Source: an uncultured Acidimicrobiia bacterium (lineage in GTDB: Bacteria > Acidobacteriota > Terriglobia > Versatilivoradales > Versatilivoraceae). Taken from it: DNA of 64,000 nt. This document shows positions 8,712-18,335 of the stretch, piece by piece. The stretch is taken from the NCBI GenBank assembly GCA_963786955.1, contig CAWBAT010000006.1, positions 160,001 to 224,000 of the forward strand, in the 5' to 3' direction. Both the position numbers and the translations under genes were made by a program. Numbering within the stretch: position 1 is the first letter of the stretch; each line of letters opens with the position of its first letter. A model generated the notes under the pieces. That model was not told the origin of the DNA, searched no databases, and saw only the letters and a list, made by a program, of their open reading frames with translations.

Positions 8712-10835
8712 ATGGCAGAAAGAGCACAGAAGAGACCGTTGTTTGACCCACCCATAGTCAAGCGGGCCATTAAGGATTCTTTTAAGAAATTAAACCCGCG
8801 GTGGGTGGCCCGGAACCCAGTAATGTTTGTGGTTGAGATCGGGAGTATTTTAACCACCTTGCTGATAATTCGAGATCTCACTATGGGCCATACTACGAAC
8901 TTGCTCTTTTCAGGCCAGGTCGCCTTTTGGCTGTGGTTTACCGTAATTTTCGCCAACTTTGCAGAAGCCATGGCAGAGGGCAGAGGTAAAGCGCAGGCAG
9001 ACACACTTCGAAAAGCAAAAACCGAAACCGTTGCTAATTTGATTACCGATGACAAGGGACGCGGGACAGAACACATCACCTTACGTACTGTCCCTGCTCT
9101 CGAACTGCGCAAAGGTAACCTCGTTTTGGTGCGTGCAGGGGAATTCCTTCCCGGGGATGGCGAAGTTGTGGAAGGAGTTGCATCTGTTGACGAGTCCGCC
9201 ATTACAGGGGAGAGTGCCCCAGTTATTCGCGAATCAGGAGGAGACCGCTCAGCCGTCACCGGAGGAACCAAGGTGATCTCTGACTGGATCAAGGTGCGGA
9301 TCACTTCGGACCCTGGAGAAACGTTTTTGGACCGGATGATTGCCTTGGTGGAGGGTGCTGAGCGACAAAAGACGCCCAATGAAATTGCTTTAAACATCCT
9401 GTTGGCGGGACTGACGATCATATTCCTGTTTGCAGTTATCAGTCTCCTGCCGTACGCCATCTATAGTGTCGGAGCCGCCAAAGCAGCTGTGGCTTTTGCT
9501 GAGGTAGCACCACCTTCAGTTACCGTCCTAGTGGCCCTTTTAGTTTGCCTGATTCCTACAACGATTGGTGGACTATTATCCGCGATAGGCATCGCCGGAA
9601 TGGACCGTGTGATTCAGCACAACGTGCTGGCCATGTCTGGACGCGCCGTCGAGGCCGCCGGTGATGTCAATACCCTGCTCCTTGATAAAACCGGAACCAT
9701 TACCCTCGGGAACCGGCAAGCCGTTGAGTTCCTGCCCATACCCGGCGTGAAAGAAAGAGATCTGGCCGATGCGGCGCAATTATCCAGCTTGTCCGACGAA
9801 ACGCCCGAAGGCCGCTCGATTGTAATTTTGGCGAAATCCAAATATGGATTACGAGGGCGCGAATTAGGCTCTCATGAAGCCCACTTCATCCCCTTTTCAG
9901 CCCAAACTCGCATGTCTGGAGTCGATCTGAATGGGCGTTCCATCCGCAAAGGGGCTTACGATGCGGTTGTCACGTTCGTAAATTCGAATGGTGGAGCTAT
10001 TTCGGCTGAATTGAAGCCGCTGGTGGAACGTATCGCAAACACTGGAGGGACTCCCTTGGTCGTGGCAGAGCGGAGAAATGTACTGGGAGTGATCCATCTC
10101 AAAGACATTGTCAAGGGTGGGATGCGGGAACGATTTGCTCAATTGCGAAAGATGGGGATCAAGACGGTGATGATCACTGGAGACAATCCGCTCACCGCCG
10201 CAGCCATTGCAACCGAAGCCGGGGTGGATGACTTCCTGGCCGAAGCCAATCCTGAGGACAAGATGAACCTGATACGCCGTGAGCAGGCCGAAGGGAAGCT
10301 GGTGGCCATGACTGGAGACGGGACTAACGACGCACCGGCTCTCGCTCAATCGGATGTGGGCGTTGCCATGAACACAGGGACAATGGCGGCGAAAGAAGCC
10401 GGCAATATGGTTGATTTGGATTCCAATCCTACCAAGCTGATCGAAATTGTTGAAATTGGCAAACAGCTACTCATGACGCGCGGCGCGCTCACAACCTTTT
10501 CCATAGCCAATGACGTGGCGAAGTATTTTGCCATTATCCCGGCGATGTTCGCGACCTTATACGCTCTGACGGGATCCAAGCAGGGTCCCCTCGCAGCATT
10601 AAATATCATGCGCTTACAAACTCCCGAGTCTGCCATTTTGTCGGCGGTGATATTTAACGCACTGATCATCATCGCGCTTGTTCCTTTGGCCCTGCGCGGA
10701 ATCAAGTACCGTCCAATGGGAGCAGCTGCCGTGCTGAGGCGAAATCTGATGATCTATGGCGTGGGAGGAGTGGTTATTCCGTTCATTGGGATCAAGCTCA
10801 TCGACATGATCATAACCGCAGTGGGTCTGGCATAG
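8712..10835 (+). CDS. kdpB: K+-transporting P-type ATPase subunit B
   Basis: TGES, LIPTTIG, DKTGT and [10 protein letters not shown] motifs. Confidence 0.97.
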   Translation: MAERAQKRPLFDPPIVKRAIKDSFKKLNPRWVARNPVMFVVEIGSILTTLLIIRDLTMGHTTNLLFSGQVAFWLWFTVIFANFAEAMAEGRGKAQADTLRKAKTETVANLITDDKGRGTEHITLRTVPALELRKGNLVLVRAGEFLPGDGEVVEGVASVDESAITGESAPVIRESGGDRSAVTGGTKVISDWIKVRITSDPGETFLDRMIALVEGAERQKTPNEIALNILLAGLTIIFLFAVISLLPYAIYSVGAAKAAVAFAEVAPPSVTVLVALLVCLIPTTIGGLLSAIGIAGMDRVIQHNVLAMSGRAVEAAGDVNTLLLDKTGTITLGNRQAVEFLPIPGVKERDLADAAQLSSLSDETPEGRSIVILAKSKYGLRGRELGSHEAHFIPFSAQTRMSGVDLNGRSIRKGAYDAVVTFVNSNGGAISAELKPLVERIANTGGTPLVVAERRNVLGVIHLKDIVKGGMRERFAQLRKMGIKTVMITGDNPLTAAAIATEAGVDDFLAEANPEDKMNLIRREQAEGKLVAMTGDGTNDAPALAQSDVGVAMNTGTMAAKEAGNMVDLDSNPTKLIEIVEIGKQLLMTRGALTTFSIANDVAKYFAIIPAMFATLYALTGSKQGPLAALNIMRLQTPESAILSAVIFNALIIIALVPLALRGIKYRPMGAAAVLRRNLMIYGVGGVVIPFIGIKLIDMIITAVGLA

Positions 10836-10843
10836 GAATTTCG

Positions 10844-10970
10844 TATTCCCCCTTAAAAGGGGGCAAGGCCGTAGGCTTGGGGGATGTCTCTTTAGCGAGT
10901 TACACGGTCTTTCACAATGGGACACCCCCCCGGCAGACTTTGCCTGCCACCCCCTCACAAGTGGGGATTA
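10844..10970. repeat. REP/REPIN-like palindromic intergenic element
   Basis: CCCCCTTAAAAGGGGG hairpin plus a GGGGATGTC arm, mirrored by an imperfect inverted arm GACACCCCCC...CCCCCTCACAAGTGGGGATT. Confidence 0.6.
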
Positions 10971-10983
10971 TTAGGAGAACATT

Positions 10984-11583
10984 ATGAATTTACTGAAACA
11001 GCTTTACCCTGCAATAGCGATGACAGTTGTGCTTACAGTGCTCACGGGAATTCTTTATCCCTACGCGATCACCGGTTTGGCACAGGTGCTTTTCAGAGAG
11101 AAGGCCCAAGGAAGCTTGATCATCCAGGGGGAGAGAAGGGTGGTCGGGTCTCGCTTAATTGGACAACCGTTCAATGGTCCAGGCTACTTCCATTCGCGTC
11201 CTTCCGCTGCTGGAAACGGCTACGACGGCACGGCTTCTGGCGGAACCAATCTCGGTCCGACCAGTAAGAAACTGTTGAACCAAATGGTGAAGCCCGCTGC
11301 CGATCAGAGTCATGCGGAAAATCCCCCTGCTTTGGTGCCGGTCGATCTCATCACAACCTCAGCTTCAGGACTGGATCCGCATATTACTCCGGCTGCGGCC
11401 GAATTTCAGGTCGCCAGAGTTGCGAGCGAACGGGGTGTGGCGGATGACGAAATCAGACGATTGATCCGAGATCACAGCGAGGGCCGGCAGTTTGGAATCT
11501 TAGGTGAACCCCGTGTCAATGTGCTCGAATTAAACCTGGCTATAGATTCTGCTCATCCAAAACGCGGTTCTCAATCGCAGTAA
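10984..11583 (+). CDS. kdpC: K+-transporting ATPase subunit C
   Basis: GSRLIGQPF, YFHSRPSA, TSASGLDPHI and GEPRVNVLELN motifs. Confidence 0.97.
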   Translation: MNLLKQLYPAIAMTVVLTVLTGILYPYAITGLAQVLFREKAQGSLIIQGERRVVGSRLIGQPFNGPGYFHSRPSAAGNGYDGTASGGTNLGPTSKKLLNQMVKPAADQSHAENPPALVPVDLITTSASGLDPHITPAAAEFQVARVASERGVADDEIRRLIRDHSEGRQFGILGEPRVNVLELNLAIDSAHPKRGSQSQ

Positions 11584-11629
11584 TGAAAGGGAGTTACTGG
11601 AAGAATCGGAAACTTTCAAGAGGTGTCAC

Positions 11630-12145
11630 ATGACGAAAGAAAATACAATTCTATTCCCGGTTTGCGGAGTTCTTTATCCTTACCGCTTGGATCACCAATT
11701 GTTTTGGCTGGCTCGGCATTTGTCAGCCAGGCTGTGCCTGGTTGAAGTGCTCCTTCCTGCCGGTGGGTGGATACGATGGTTGTTTGGTCTGTTTAGCAAC
11801 AAGGACAGAGAGTGGCGACTCTGTCAGGTTGAAAAGGTTGTTTTCCAGCAGGATCATATTCCGTGCGAAACAGAAACCGTCGAAGTTCCCAATCTCAGCA
11901 TTGGCATTGCAGAAGCTGCCTGGCGAGTGAAACCGACTTTTGTTGCTCTCACGCCTGAATTACAGGAGAGCCTTGGAACGGTTGGCTTAAAAGACCTTAG
12001 AACTCGGCTGGGCGAAATGGGTCGTTGCATGCTGATTCTTTTTGGCAGAGGCACGGCAATGCGATTGGAGCCGTGCAATTCGGCCGACTCCGCCGACAAC
12101 GGTCAAGTGATTCGTGTCAAATTCAACGGATTAAAGAATCGATAA
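11630..12145 (+). CDS. Hypothetical protein, possibly a degenerate universal stress protein (USP) fold
   Basis: ILFPV...LARHLSARLCLVEV...ETVEVPNLSIGIAEAAWRVKPTFVAL resembles the USP pattern; GAGGTG RBS. Confidence 0.55.
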   Translation: MTKENTILFPVCGVLYPYRLDHQLFWLARHLSARLCLVEVLLPAGGWIRWLFGLFSNKDREWRLCQVEKVVFQQDHIPCETETVEVPNLSIGIAEAAWRVKPTFVALTPELQESLGTVGLKDLRTRLGEMGRCMLILFGRGTAMRLEPCNSADSADNGQVIRVKFNGLKNR

Positions 12146-12265
12146 GCCCACATTGGCCGTCGGGGCCCGAGAGTATAAAAACGGAAGCTTTCTGCGACTC
12201 GATGGCAAGCGAATTGATTTCTTTTCCCAGGATCAATCTCATCTCTCATTGAACCGTGAATCACC

Positions 12266-14149
12266 ATGGGCAGCCTAAAACATAAGCTTCGTTTCAGCTA
12301 TGGATTACTCATCTTCATTATCCTGATTGTCAGCCTTTGGGGAGTTTACCATTTGGCGCGACTGGGACGCGCCGTCGACATCATTCTGGTCAATAACTAC
12401 AAGAGCATTCTTGCGGCTGAAAACATGAAGGAGGCTTTGGAGCGACAAGATTCGGCTATGTTGTTTTTTATCACCGGCCAATCCGATAAGGCTCGTCAGC
12501 AATTCGCTTTGAGCCGTCACAAATTCCAGAATGAATTCAATATCGCCGCCAATAATATCACCGAGAAAGGCGAAACGGAGATCATTGAAGACATCCACTC
12601 TCAATCGTCGGCCTACCAGCACCGGCTTCAGGATCTCATCGCTTCGAACGAGATCCGGGGACCCTCCGAACTCACGAGAATCTATTTTGGGCAGATCGAA
12701 CCAGCGTTTCTAAGACTTAAGTCGCGGCTGGACGACCTTCTCCATTTGAATCAGCAGGCCATGGTGAGAGCGAGTGATCGTGCCAAATCTGAATCCTGGA
12801 GAGCACAAGTCTCCACACTCCTCCTTTCCATGATAACGCTGACGTTGGCATTGTTGTTTGCCTGGCGCTTCACGGGCTACATCGTGAAACCGATTTTAAC
12901 GCTGACGGAAAAGGCAAAATTGATCGGCGAAGGGGATTTTGATCAACATATCCTCATTTCATCCCAGGACGAAATCGGAATTCTGGCCGCCGAGTTTAAT
13001 CGCATGACGACAAAGCTGCGAAAAATCAGAAAATCGGATTACTGGCGCCTATTATTGGAACAAAAGAAGTCCGATGCGGTCATCGACTCCATTGATGAAC
13101 CGATCATTGTGACGGATGCACGCGGAAACGTGACCAAGATCAATCGAGCCGCCGGACTTATCTTCGAAAATTCTCTTCCACTGGAAGGTGGGCCACCTGA
13201 GGATCGCTTTTCCCTGCAGGGCTTCCCAGCTGGAGAACAGATTCTCCAAGCAGTTCGTGATGCCGTAGCGATGCAGCGTCCCATCGCCTCCGAAGGTGAG
13301 GCGGCACTGGTCCCGATCAAATTGGGGGGGACCGAACGGAGCTTCCGTATTCGTGCAACCCCCATGCGTGATGATGACGGTCGGCTTTTGGGAGCAGTTA
13401 CTTTATTAGAAGATATTACCGCTATGCGAGAACTGGATCGACTCAAGACAGACTTCATCTCCGTCGCATCCGGAAAACTGCGGGACCCTCTCCGGTCACT
13501 GCAGCTAGCCTTGCACGCTGTCCTAAGCGGAAGCGCAGGAGAATTCGATGAACAGAAGATGGACATGCTGCTGGACGCGAGAGAAAATGCCGGCCAGCTC
13601 GAAGAAATCATGAATGACCTGTTGGAGCTTGCCGAAATTGAATCCGGGATCAGAACACTGTTGCCTGCGCCAGTGCGTCCTATTGAGTTGGTTCGCCCGG
13701 CCCTGGAACGCCATAGCGCTGCCGCCGAATGCAAACATGTCAAGCTGGAGGTTCACGTCTGGGCAGACCTTCCCAGAGTCCTGGCCGATAGAGAAGCCGC
13801 TCGGCGCATATTTGATAATCTGCTTTCCAATGCCATCCGCCACACGGGTCATGACGGCACCGTGAGTATCTCAGCAACCGATCGCGAGGATCGAGTATTT
13901 TTCTGTGTGAAAGACACCGGCGAAGGGATCCCTCAAGAGGATTTGCCCACTCTTTTCAGCCGTTTCGTCCAAGTAGGCGGAAAGCCTGGAGGTGGAACCG
14001 GCTTAGGTTTGGCTTTGGTCAAGCGACTTGTTGAAGCGCAAGGCGGGAAGGTAAGCGTTGAGAGTCGCATCGGCGAAGGAACAGCAATGACTTTCACTCT
14101 GCCGGTGATTTTGTCCGGCGAAAAATCACAGATCGCGAGGGGCATGTGA
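12266..14149 (+). CDS. Membrane sensor kinase-like protein (4-helix sensor, HAMP, PAS, HisKA-like, HATPase) lacking the phospho-acceptor His
   Basis: Two TMs, HAMP (DEIGILAAEFNRM), intact N/G1/F/G2 boxes; H-box reads ASGKLRDPL rather than xSHELRTPL. Confidence 0.9.
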   Translation: MGSLKHKLRFSYGLLIFIILIVSLWGVYHLARLGRAVDIILVNNYKSILAAENMKEALERQDSAMLFFITGQSDKARQQFALSRHKFQNEFNIAANNITEKGETEIIEDIHSQSSAYQHRLQDLIASNEIRGPSELTRIYFGQIEPAFLRLKSRLDDLLHLNQQAMVRASDRAKSESWRAQVSTLLLSMITLTLALLFAWRFTGYIVKPILTLTEKAKLIGEGDFDQHILISSQDEIGILAAEFNRMTTKLRKIRKSDYWRLLLEQKKSDAVIDSIDEPIIVTDARGNVTKINRAAGLIFENSLPLEGGPPEDRFSLQGFPAGEQILQAVRDAVAMQRPIASEGEAALVPIKLGGTERSFRIRATPMRDDDGRLLGAVTLLEDITAMRELDRLKTDFISVASGKLRDPLRSLQLALHAVLSGSAGEFDEQKMDMLLDARENAGQLEEIMNDLLELAEIESGIRTLLPAPVRPIELVRPALERHSAAAECKHVKLEVHVWADLPRVLADREAARRIFDNLLSNAIRHTGHDGTVSISATDREDRVFFCVKDTGEGIPQEDLPTLFSRFVQVGGKPGGGTGLGLALVKRLVEAQGGKVSVESRIGEGTAMTFTLPVILSGEKSQIARGM

Positions 14150-15324
14150 GTTCCCGGGAGATCGATTCCAAACCGAAAGCGGAAGCCCTGCTTACAAAGT
14201 TGGAACAAGGTCGGCGGGCGAGATTGCGGATCTATATCGGAGCTGCGCCGGGTGTGGGAAAGACTTACCAGATGTTAGAGGATGCCCATCTCCTCCGTCA
14301 ACAGGGCTATGACGTTGTCATCGGATTCATCGAGACCTATGGACGGTCCGACACAGAGGCGAAGATTGGCGCCCTCAATCTTATCCCAAGGAAGAAGATC
14401 GAGTACCGATCGGTGATTCTTGAAGAGATGGACCTGGAAGCGATCCTCGCTCGCAAGCCAGAAATGTGTCTGGTGGACGAACTGGCACACCATAACGTTC
14501 CAGGCTCGAGAAACAAGAAACGATATGAGGACGTCCTCGATCTTTTGGAGGCCGGCATCCACGTCTTGTCGGCCGTAAATATTCAGCATCTCGAGACTCT
14601 GAATGACATTGTCGGGCGCTCTTCCGGAATTCAAGTCCGGGAAACTGTGCCGGATAGCTTTCTCAAGAGAGCGGACGAAGTAGTCAATGTGGACGTAACG
14701 GTCGATGAATTGCGCAATCGGCTTAGACAAGGGAAGGTTTATAAGCCAGAAAAGATTGAACAAGCACTGAATCATTTCTTCCGCAAAGGAAATTTATCGA
14801 CCTTGCGTGAACTGGCACTGCGCACGGTCGCCGAAGAAGTGGGTTCGAAGGCCGCTCAATATCGCGTCCGGGAAGGGTTGGAGCCTGTCCCCATCCCTGA
14901 AAAAGTGATGGTATGCATGTCTTCAAACCAAACCGCTAAACCTCTTTTGCGAGCTGGGGCGCGAATTGCGGGGCGGATTGGAGCCGTCTGGTATGCTGTT
15001 TATGTAGAAATCCCTAAGGAGAGCCCTTCACGAATCAAATCTTCTGATTCAACCCAGTTGGCCGAGAATATCCATTTAGCGGAAGAACTGGGTGCCACCG
15101 TAGTCAAACTGAAAGCAAAGCGTCCGGCAGACGGACTGATTGAATTCGCTAAACGAGAGGGGATTACCCACGTGATCTTTGGACAGTCCTGGCGGACACG
15201 TTGGGATATCCTACTACATGGGTCAGTTCTCAACCGCTTCTTATTGGAGGTACAGGGCGCAGCGGTACACATCATCCCCCCTGGCCACTCTCTCGAGAAA
15301 CAAGGCAATGAGTCCAGACACTAA
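14146..15324 (+). CDS. kdpD: KdpD N-terminal half (KdpD domain + USP domain), soluble
   Basis: GAAPGVGKT, LVDELAH, NIQHLETLND and LRELALR motifs; C-terminal USP; no TM or kinase core. Confidence 0.92.
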   Translation: MSSREIDSKPKAEALLTKLEQGRRARLRIYIGAAPGVGKTYQMLEDAHLLRQQGYDVVIGFIETYGRSDTEAKIGALNLIPRKKIEYRSVILEEMDLEAILARKPEMCLVDELAHHNVPGSRNKKRYEDVLDLLEAGIHVLSAVNIQHLETLNDIVGRSSGIQVRETVPDSFLKRADEVVNVDVTVDELRNRLRQGKVYKPEKIEQALNHFFRKGNLSTLRELALRTVAEEVGSKAAQYRVREGLEPVPIPEKVMVCMSSNQTAKPLLRAGARIAGRIGAVWYAVYVEIPKESPSRIKSSDSTQLAENIHLAEELGATVVKLKAKRPADGLIEFAKREGITHVIFGQSWRTRWDILLHGSVLNRFLLEVQGAAVHIIPPGHSLEKQGNESRH

Positions 15325-15419
15325 ATCCACTCCACTCGCCAGGTCCGAATTCCCTGATTCGTCATCAATGAGAGGAACACCTTTTAGCCAGAATTCCGGA
15401 GTTGGTTATTCCTCATCAG

Positions 15420-15475
15420 GTGGAGCGGGCGCCCCGGCGCACGCTTGAACCCGCACGGGGGGACGGCGGTCCCAC
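15420..15475. repeat. Degenerate GTGG-type REP-like inverted pair
   Basis: GTGGAGCGGGCGCCCCGG...GGGGGACGGCGGTCCCAC. Confidence 0.4.
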
Positions 15476-15720
15476 GTGCCCGTTCCGTTGTCATTGGTAT
15501 GCTTTTTCCCCATTGTTAGGTCGTGTAGGCTTTAAAGCCGGCACAAGCATTCAACTGAGGGTTCCGAATCCCGCATGTGGTCCTCCGAACTGGAATGAAT
15601 GGGATCCAATGGTTGGCCATTCCGATGCCGATTGACTTTTTTCCTAATCTCTTCCACAACACCGACGCAATAGTTCGTGCGAGATCGGACATTTACGAAG
15701 ATAATAAACCCATATGGGAA

Positions 15721-17221
15721 ATGCAATTCGTCAAGTTTGAGTACCGTTACCTGCTTTCCTTGGCAGGAGTAACGGTGGTCACGATGTGTTACAAGTTTTT
15801 ACCTTATCGGGTTAACGCAACTACGGTAGCACTCAGCTTTCTGCTCGTGGTTCTTTCAACGGCGGCAACTCAAGGCATCGGTCCTTCGATCGTCAGCGTC
15901 GCTGGCATCCCTGCTGAGCTTCAATTTTTACTTTCTTCCACCGGTGGGAACCTTTTCCATCGCGGATCCGCAAAACTGGGTCGCTCTTTTTGTTTTTCTA
16001 GTGACTGCGGTCATCGCCAGCCAGCTCGCGTCAACCGCCCGCAAGCGAGCTTGGGAGGCGGAGAAAAGTCAAGAAGAAGTCTGGAAACTTTACCAATTGA
16101 GCCGAGCCATTATTGTGACTCCAGACCCGGAGACGGCTGTATCGACCCTTTCGAGACAAGTTCGGGAAGTCTTCGGGGTGAGCTATTGCGAACTCTACAC
16201 TCCTCGGGAAAAAGGAGAGGGAGAACATTTAGTGGCTGCATCGGGAGCGCTCCTGTCAGGAGCTTCCGCAAATTACCTTAGGGAAGTATTCGAGAGAGGA
16301 GAAATCAGAACCGATGGAGAAGGCGCTGTGTATGCTCCTCTAAAAGTGGGTGTGCGAGTGACCGGGGTCATTGCCTTAGATTCGAATACGTTGGCGGATG
16401 GGACGATTGAAGCAATTAGCGGATTAGTAGCGTTGGCTCTCGAGAGGGCTCGGTTTCTCAAGGAACTGAGCCGAACGGAAGCTCTGCGACAGAGTGACCA
16501 GCTAAAATCCGCAATCCTGGCATCCGTATCCCATGACCTGCATACTCCACTCACCTCGATTCGTGCCGCGGTGGACAATTTGTTGGAAAGTAATCTAAAT
16601 TGGGATCGAGAGGCACTGAATGAGTTTCATTTAATTATAAGAGAAGAAGTAAATCGGTTAATCCATCTTGTTCAAAATTTGCTCGAAATGGCCCGGATCG
16701 AGGCTGGAGAGCTTCATCCCGTAAAGGAGTGGGGCACGGTCGCGGAAATTTTTGATAATGTGTTAGAACGATCCGCTTTTTACTTGAACAACCATCAAAT
16801 TGTCATTGAGTTGGAAGAAAGCTTGCCCATGGTAAAAGTGGACTCCCGCCTCTTGGCTGAAGTACTGGTTAATTTGGTGGAAAATGCAGCCAAATACTCT
16901 CCCGACGGAAGCACAATCATTCTGTGTGGAACCGTCGAAGAGGAAGGGTTGACCATGATTGTAAAGGATCATGGCCCAGGGATACCGGCACAGGATCTCG
17001 CCCATGTTTTTGAGAAATTCTATCGCGGAACCAGCACACCGGAGAAAAAGAGGGACGGGACGGGGATGGGGCTGGCGATAGCCAGGGGAATAGTCGAAGC
17101 TCACGATGGGCGAATCTGGGTCGAGACCCCCCCAGAGGGCGGAGCCATTTTCGGTTTGCGGGTCCCGGCTGAAAACAAGGAAGTCCCTCAAACATTGGAT
17201 CACAACGGGGAGATTGCATGA
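15721..17221 (+). CDS. kdpD: KdpD C-terminal half (DUF4118 TMs, GAF, HisKA, HATPase); one frameshift near 15910-15940
   Basis: ORFs 15577 and 15944 join; NATTVALSFLLVVL, TFSIADPQNWVAL, intact VSHDLHTPL, GTGMGLAI. Confidence 0.88.
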
Positions 17222-17907
17222 GCAAACCAACCCTACTCGTGGTGGATGACGAACCCCAAATTCTGCGCGTGATGCGTGCGAGCTTGCCGGTGAGAGGGTA
17301 CCAAGTGATCACGGCCTCCAGCGGTGAGGAAGCGTTGGATCAAGTGGGCAAACAGGTCCCTGACTTGATCATTCTGGATTTGGCCATGCCCGGACTGACC
17401 GGCCTGGACGTGTGTCGGCGAATCCGCGAGTTCTCTGCGGTACCGATTATCGTGCTGTCAGCAAAAGGTTCAGACAGTGACAAGATTGCAGCACTAGACT
17501 TGGGCGCCGACGATTACATCACCAAACCCTTTAGTATGGATGAACTCCTCGCCCGTGTCAGGGCCGTATTGAGACGCTTGGCCGCTGGGGAATCGAACAC
17601 TCGCGTTCTGACCGTCGGTGACGTGACCATTGACGTCGATGAACGCCGGGTTGTCGTGGCAGACAAAGAGATCAAACTGACTCCCAAGGAGTTTGAGGTA
17701 CTGAAGTATTTGGTGAGCAACGCCGGTAAGGTGGTGACTCATCGAGCCTTGCTTCAAGCCGTATGGGGATGGGAATCCACTGATCAAACTGAATATTTGA
17801 GAGTCTTCATCAATCAACTCCGACGTAAGATTGAAGCGGATGTCAGTCACCCCCATTATCTCCTTACAGAGCCCTGGGTCGGATATCGGTTTGTTCCAAA
17901 CGAATGA
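17218..17907 (+). CDS. kdpE: OmpR-family response regulator KdpE
   Basis: VVDDE, ILDLAMP, DYITKPF, YLRVFINQLRRKIE and TEPWVGYRF motifs. Confidence 0.93.
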   Translation: MSKPTLLVVDDEPQILRVMRASLPVRGYQVITASSGEEALDQVGKQVPDLIILDLAMPGLTGLDVCRRIREFSAVPIIVLSAKGSDSDKIAALDLGADDYITKPFSMDELLARVRAVLRRLAAGESNTRVLTVGDVTIDVDERRVVVADKEIKLTPKEFEVLKYLVSNAGKVVTHRALLQAVWGWESTDQTEYLRVFINQLRRKIEADVSHPHYLLTEPWVGYRFVPNE

Positions 17908-17983
17908 ACTGTTTAGCGTATCTCAACTTGCTTGGAACTGAATCCGCCGAGTTGCCTGCAAAAGTTTACTTCTCCAAGCATCT

Positions 17984-18011
17984 TTTATCTGAATTTTAGG
18001 TATGGTAGAAT
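17984..18011 (+). promoter_or_regulatory. Putative promoter: TTTA-N7-TTTA plus extended -10
   Basis: TTTA at 17984 and 17995; TGGTAGAAT at 18003-18011 directly upstream of the riboswitch. Confidence 0.5.
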
Positions 18012-18020
18012 CTGCCCTTG

Positions 18021-18172
18021 AATACGCCTAAGTCCTCCATTGCGGAGGATGCGGGGGAACCGGTTAGGTGCGCTTTACTTTTGCAGAGTGCATCGCGGGG
18101 CGAATCCTTGCAGTACAAGGTAGGGCAGCTTCCCGGCCCGAGCCCGTCAGCTAACCTCGTCGGCGGAAGCGG
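18021..18172 (+). ncRNA. c-di-AMP (ydaO/yuaA) riboswitch
   Basis: Conserved blocks GGGGGAACC, GGGGCGAATCC, GGTAGGGC and CCCGAGCCCGTCAGCTAACCTCGTCGGCG; CGCC/GGCG closing stem; upstream of a KimA(YdaO)-like gene. Confidence 0.92.
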
Positions 18173-18176
18173 AAGT

Positions 18177-18335
18177 ATGAAACAAAACGGATTACCCAAT
18201 TCAAATTGTAAAGCCACCGGCATTGTCTTTTGGCCAATGCTCGTGGCTTTTTTGCTTTTTGGGGTTTGGATTTTGTTGAGATTGTATTTTTCCGGAGACG
18301 ATTTTCTCCGCATGGAGCCTTCACAGGATGTCTAA
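18177..18335 (+). CDS. 52-aa single-TM leader protein overlapping the start of the KimA-like gene
   Basis: MKQNGLPNSNCKATGIVFWPMLVAFLLFGVWILLRLYFSG...; first ATG after the aptamer. Confidence 0.45.
   Translation: MKQNGLPNSNCKATGIVFWPMLVAFLLFGVWILLRLYFSGDDFLRMEPSQDV

Noticed and set aside
8567-9460. 297-aa antisense ORF over kdpB, and similar shadow ORFs elsewhere
   Set aside because: Lie opposite well-supported genes and have no recognisable motifs
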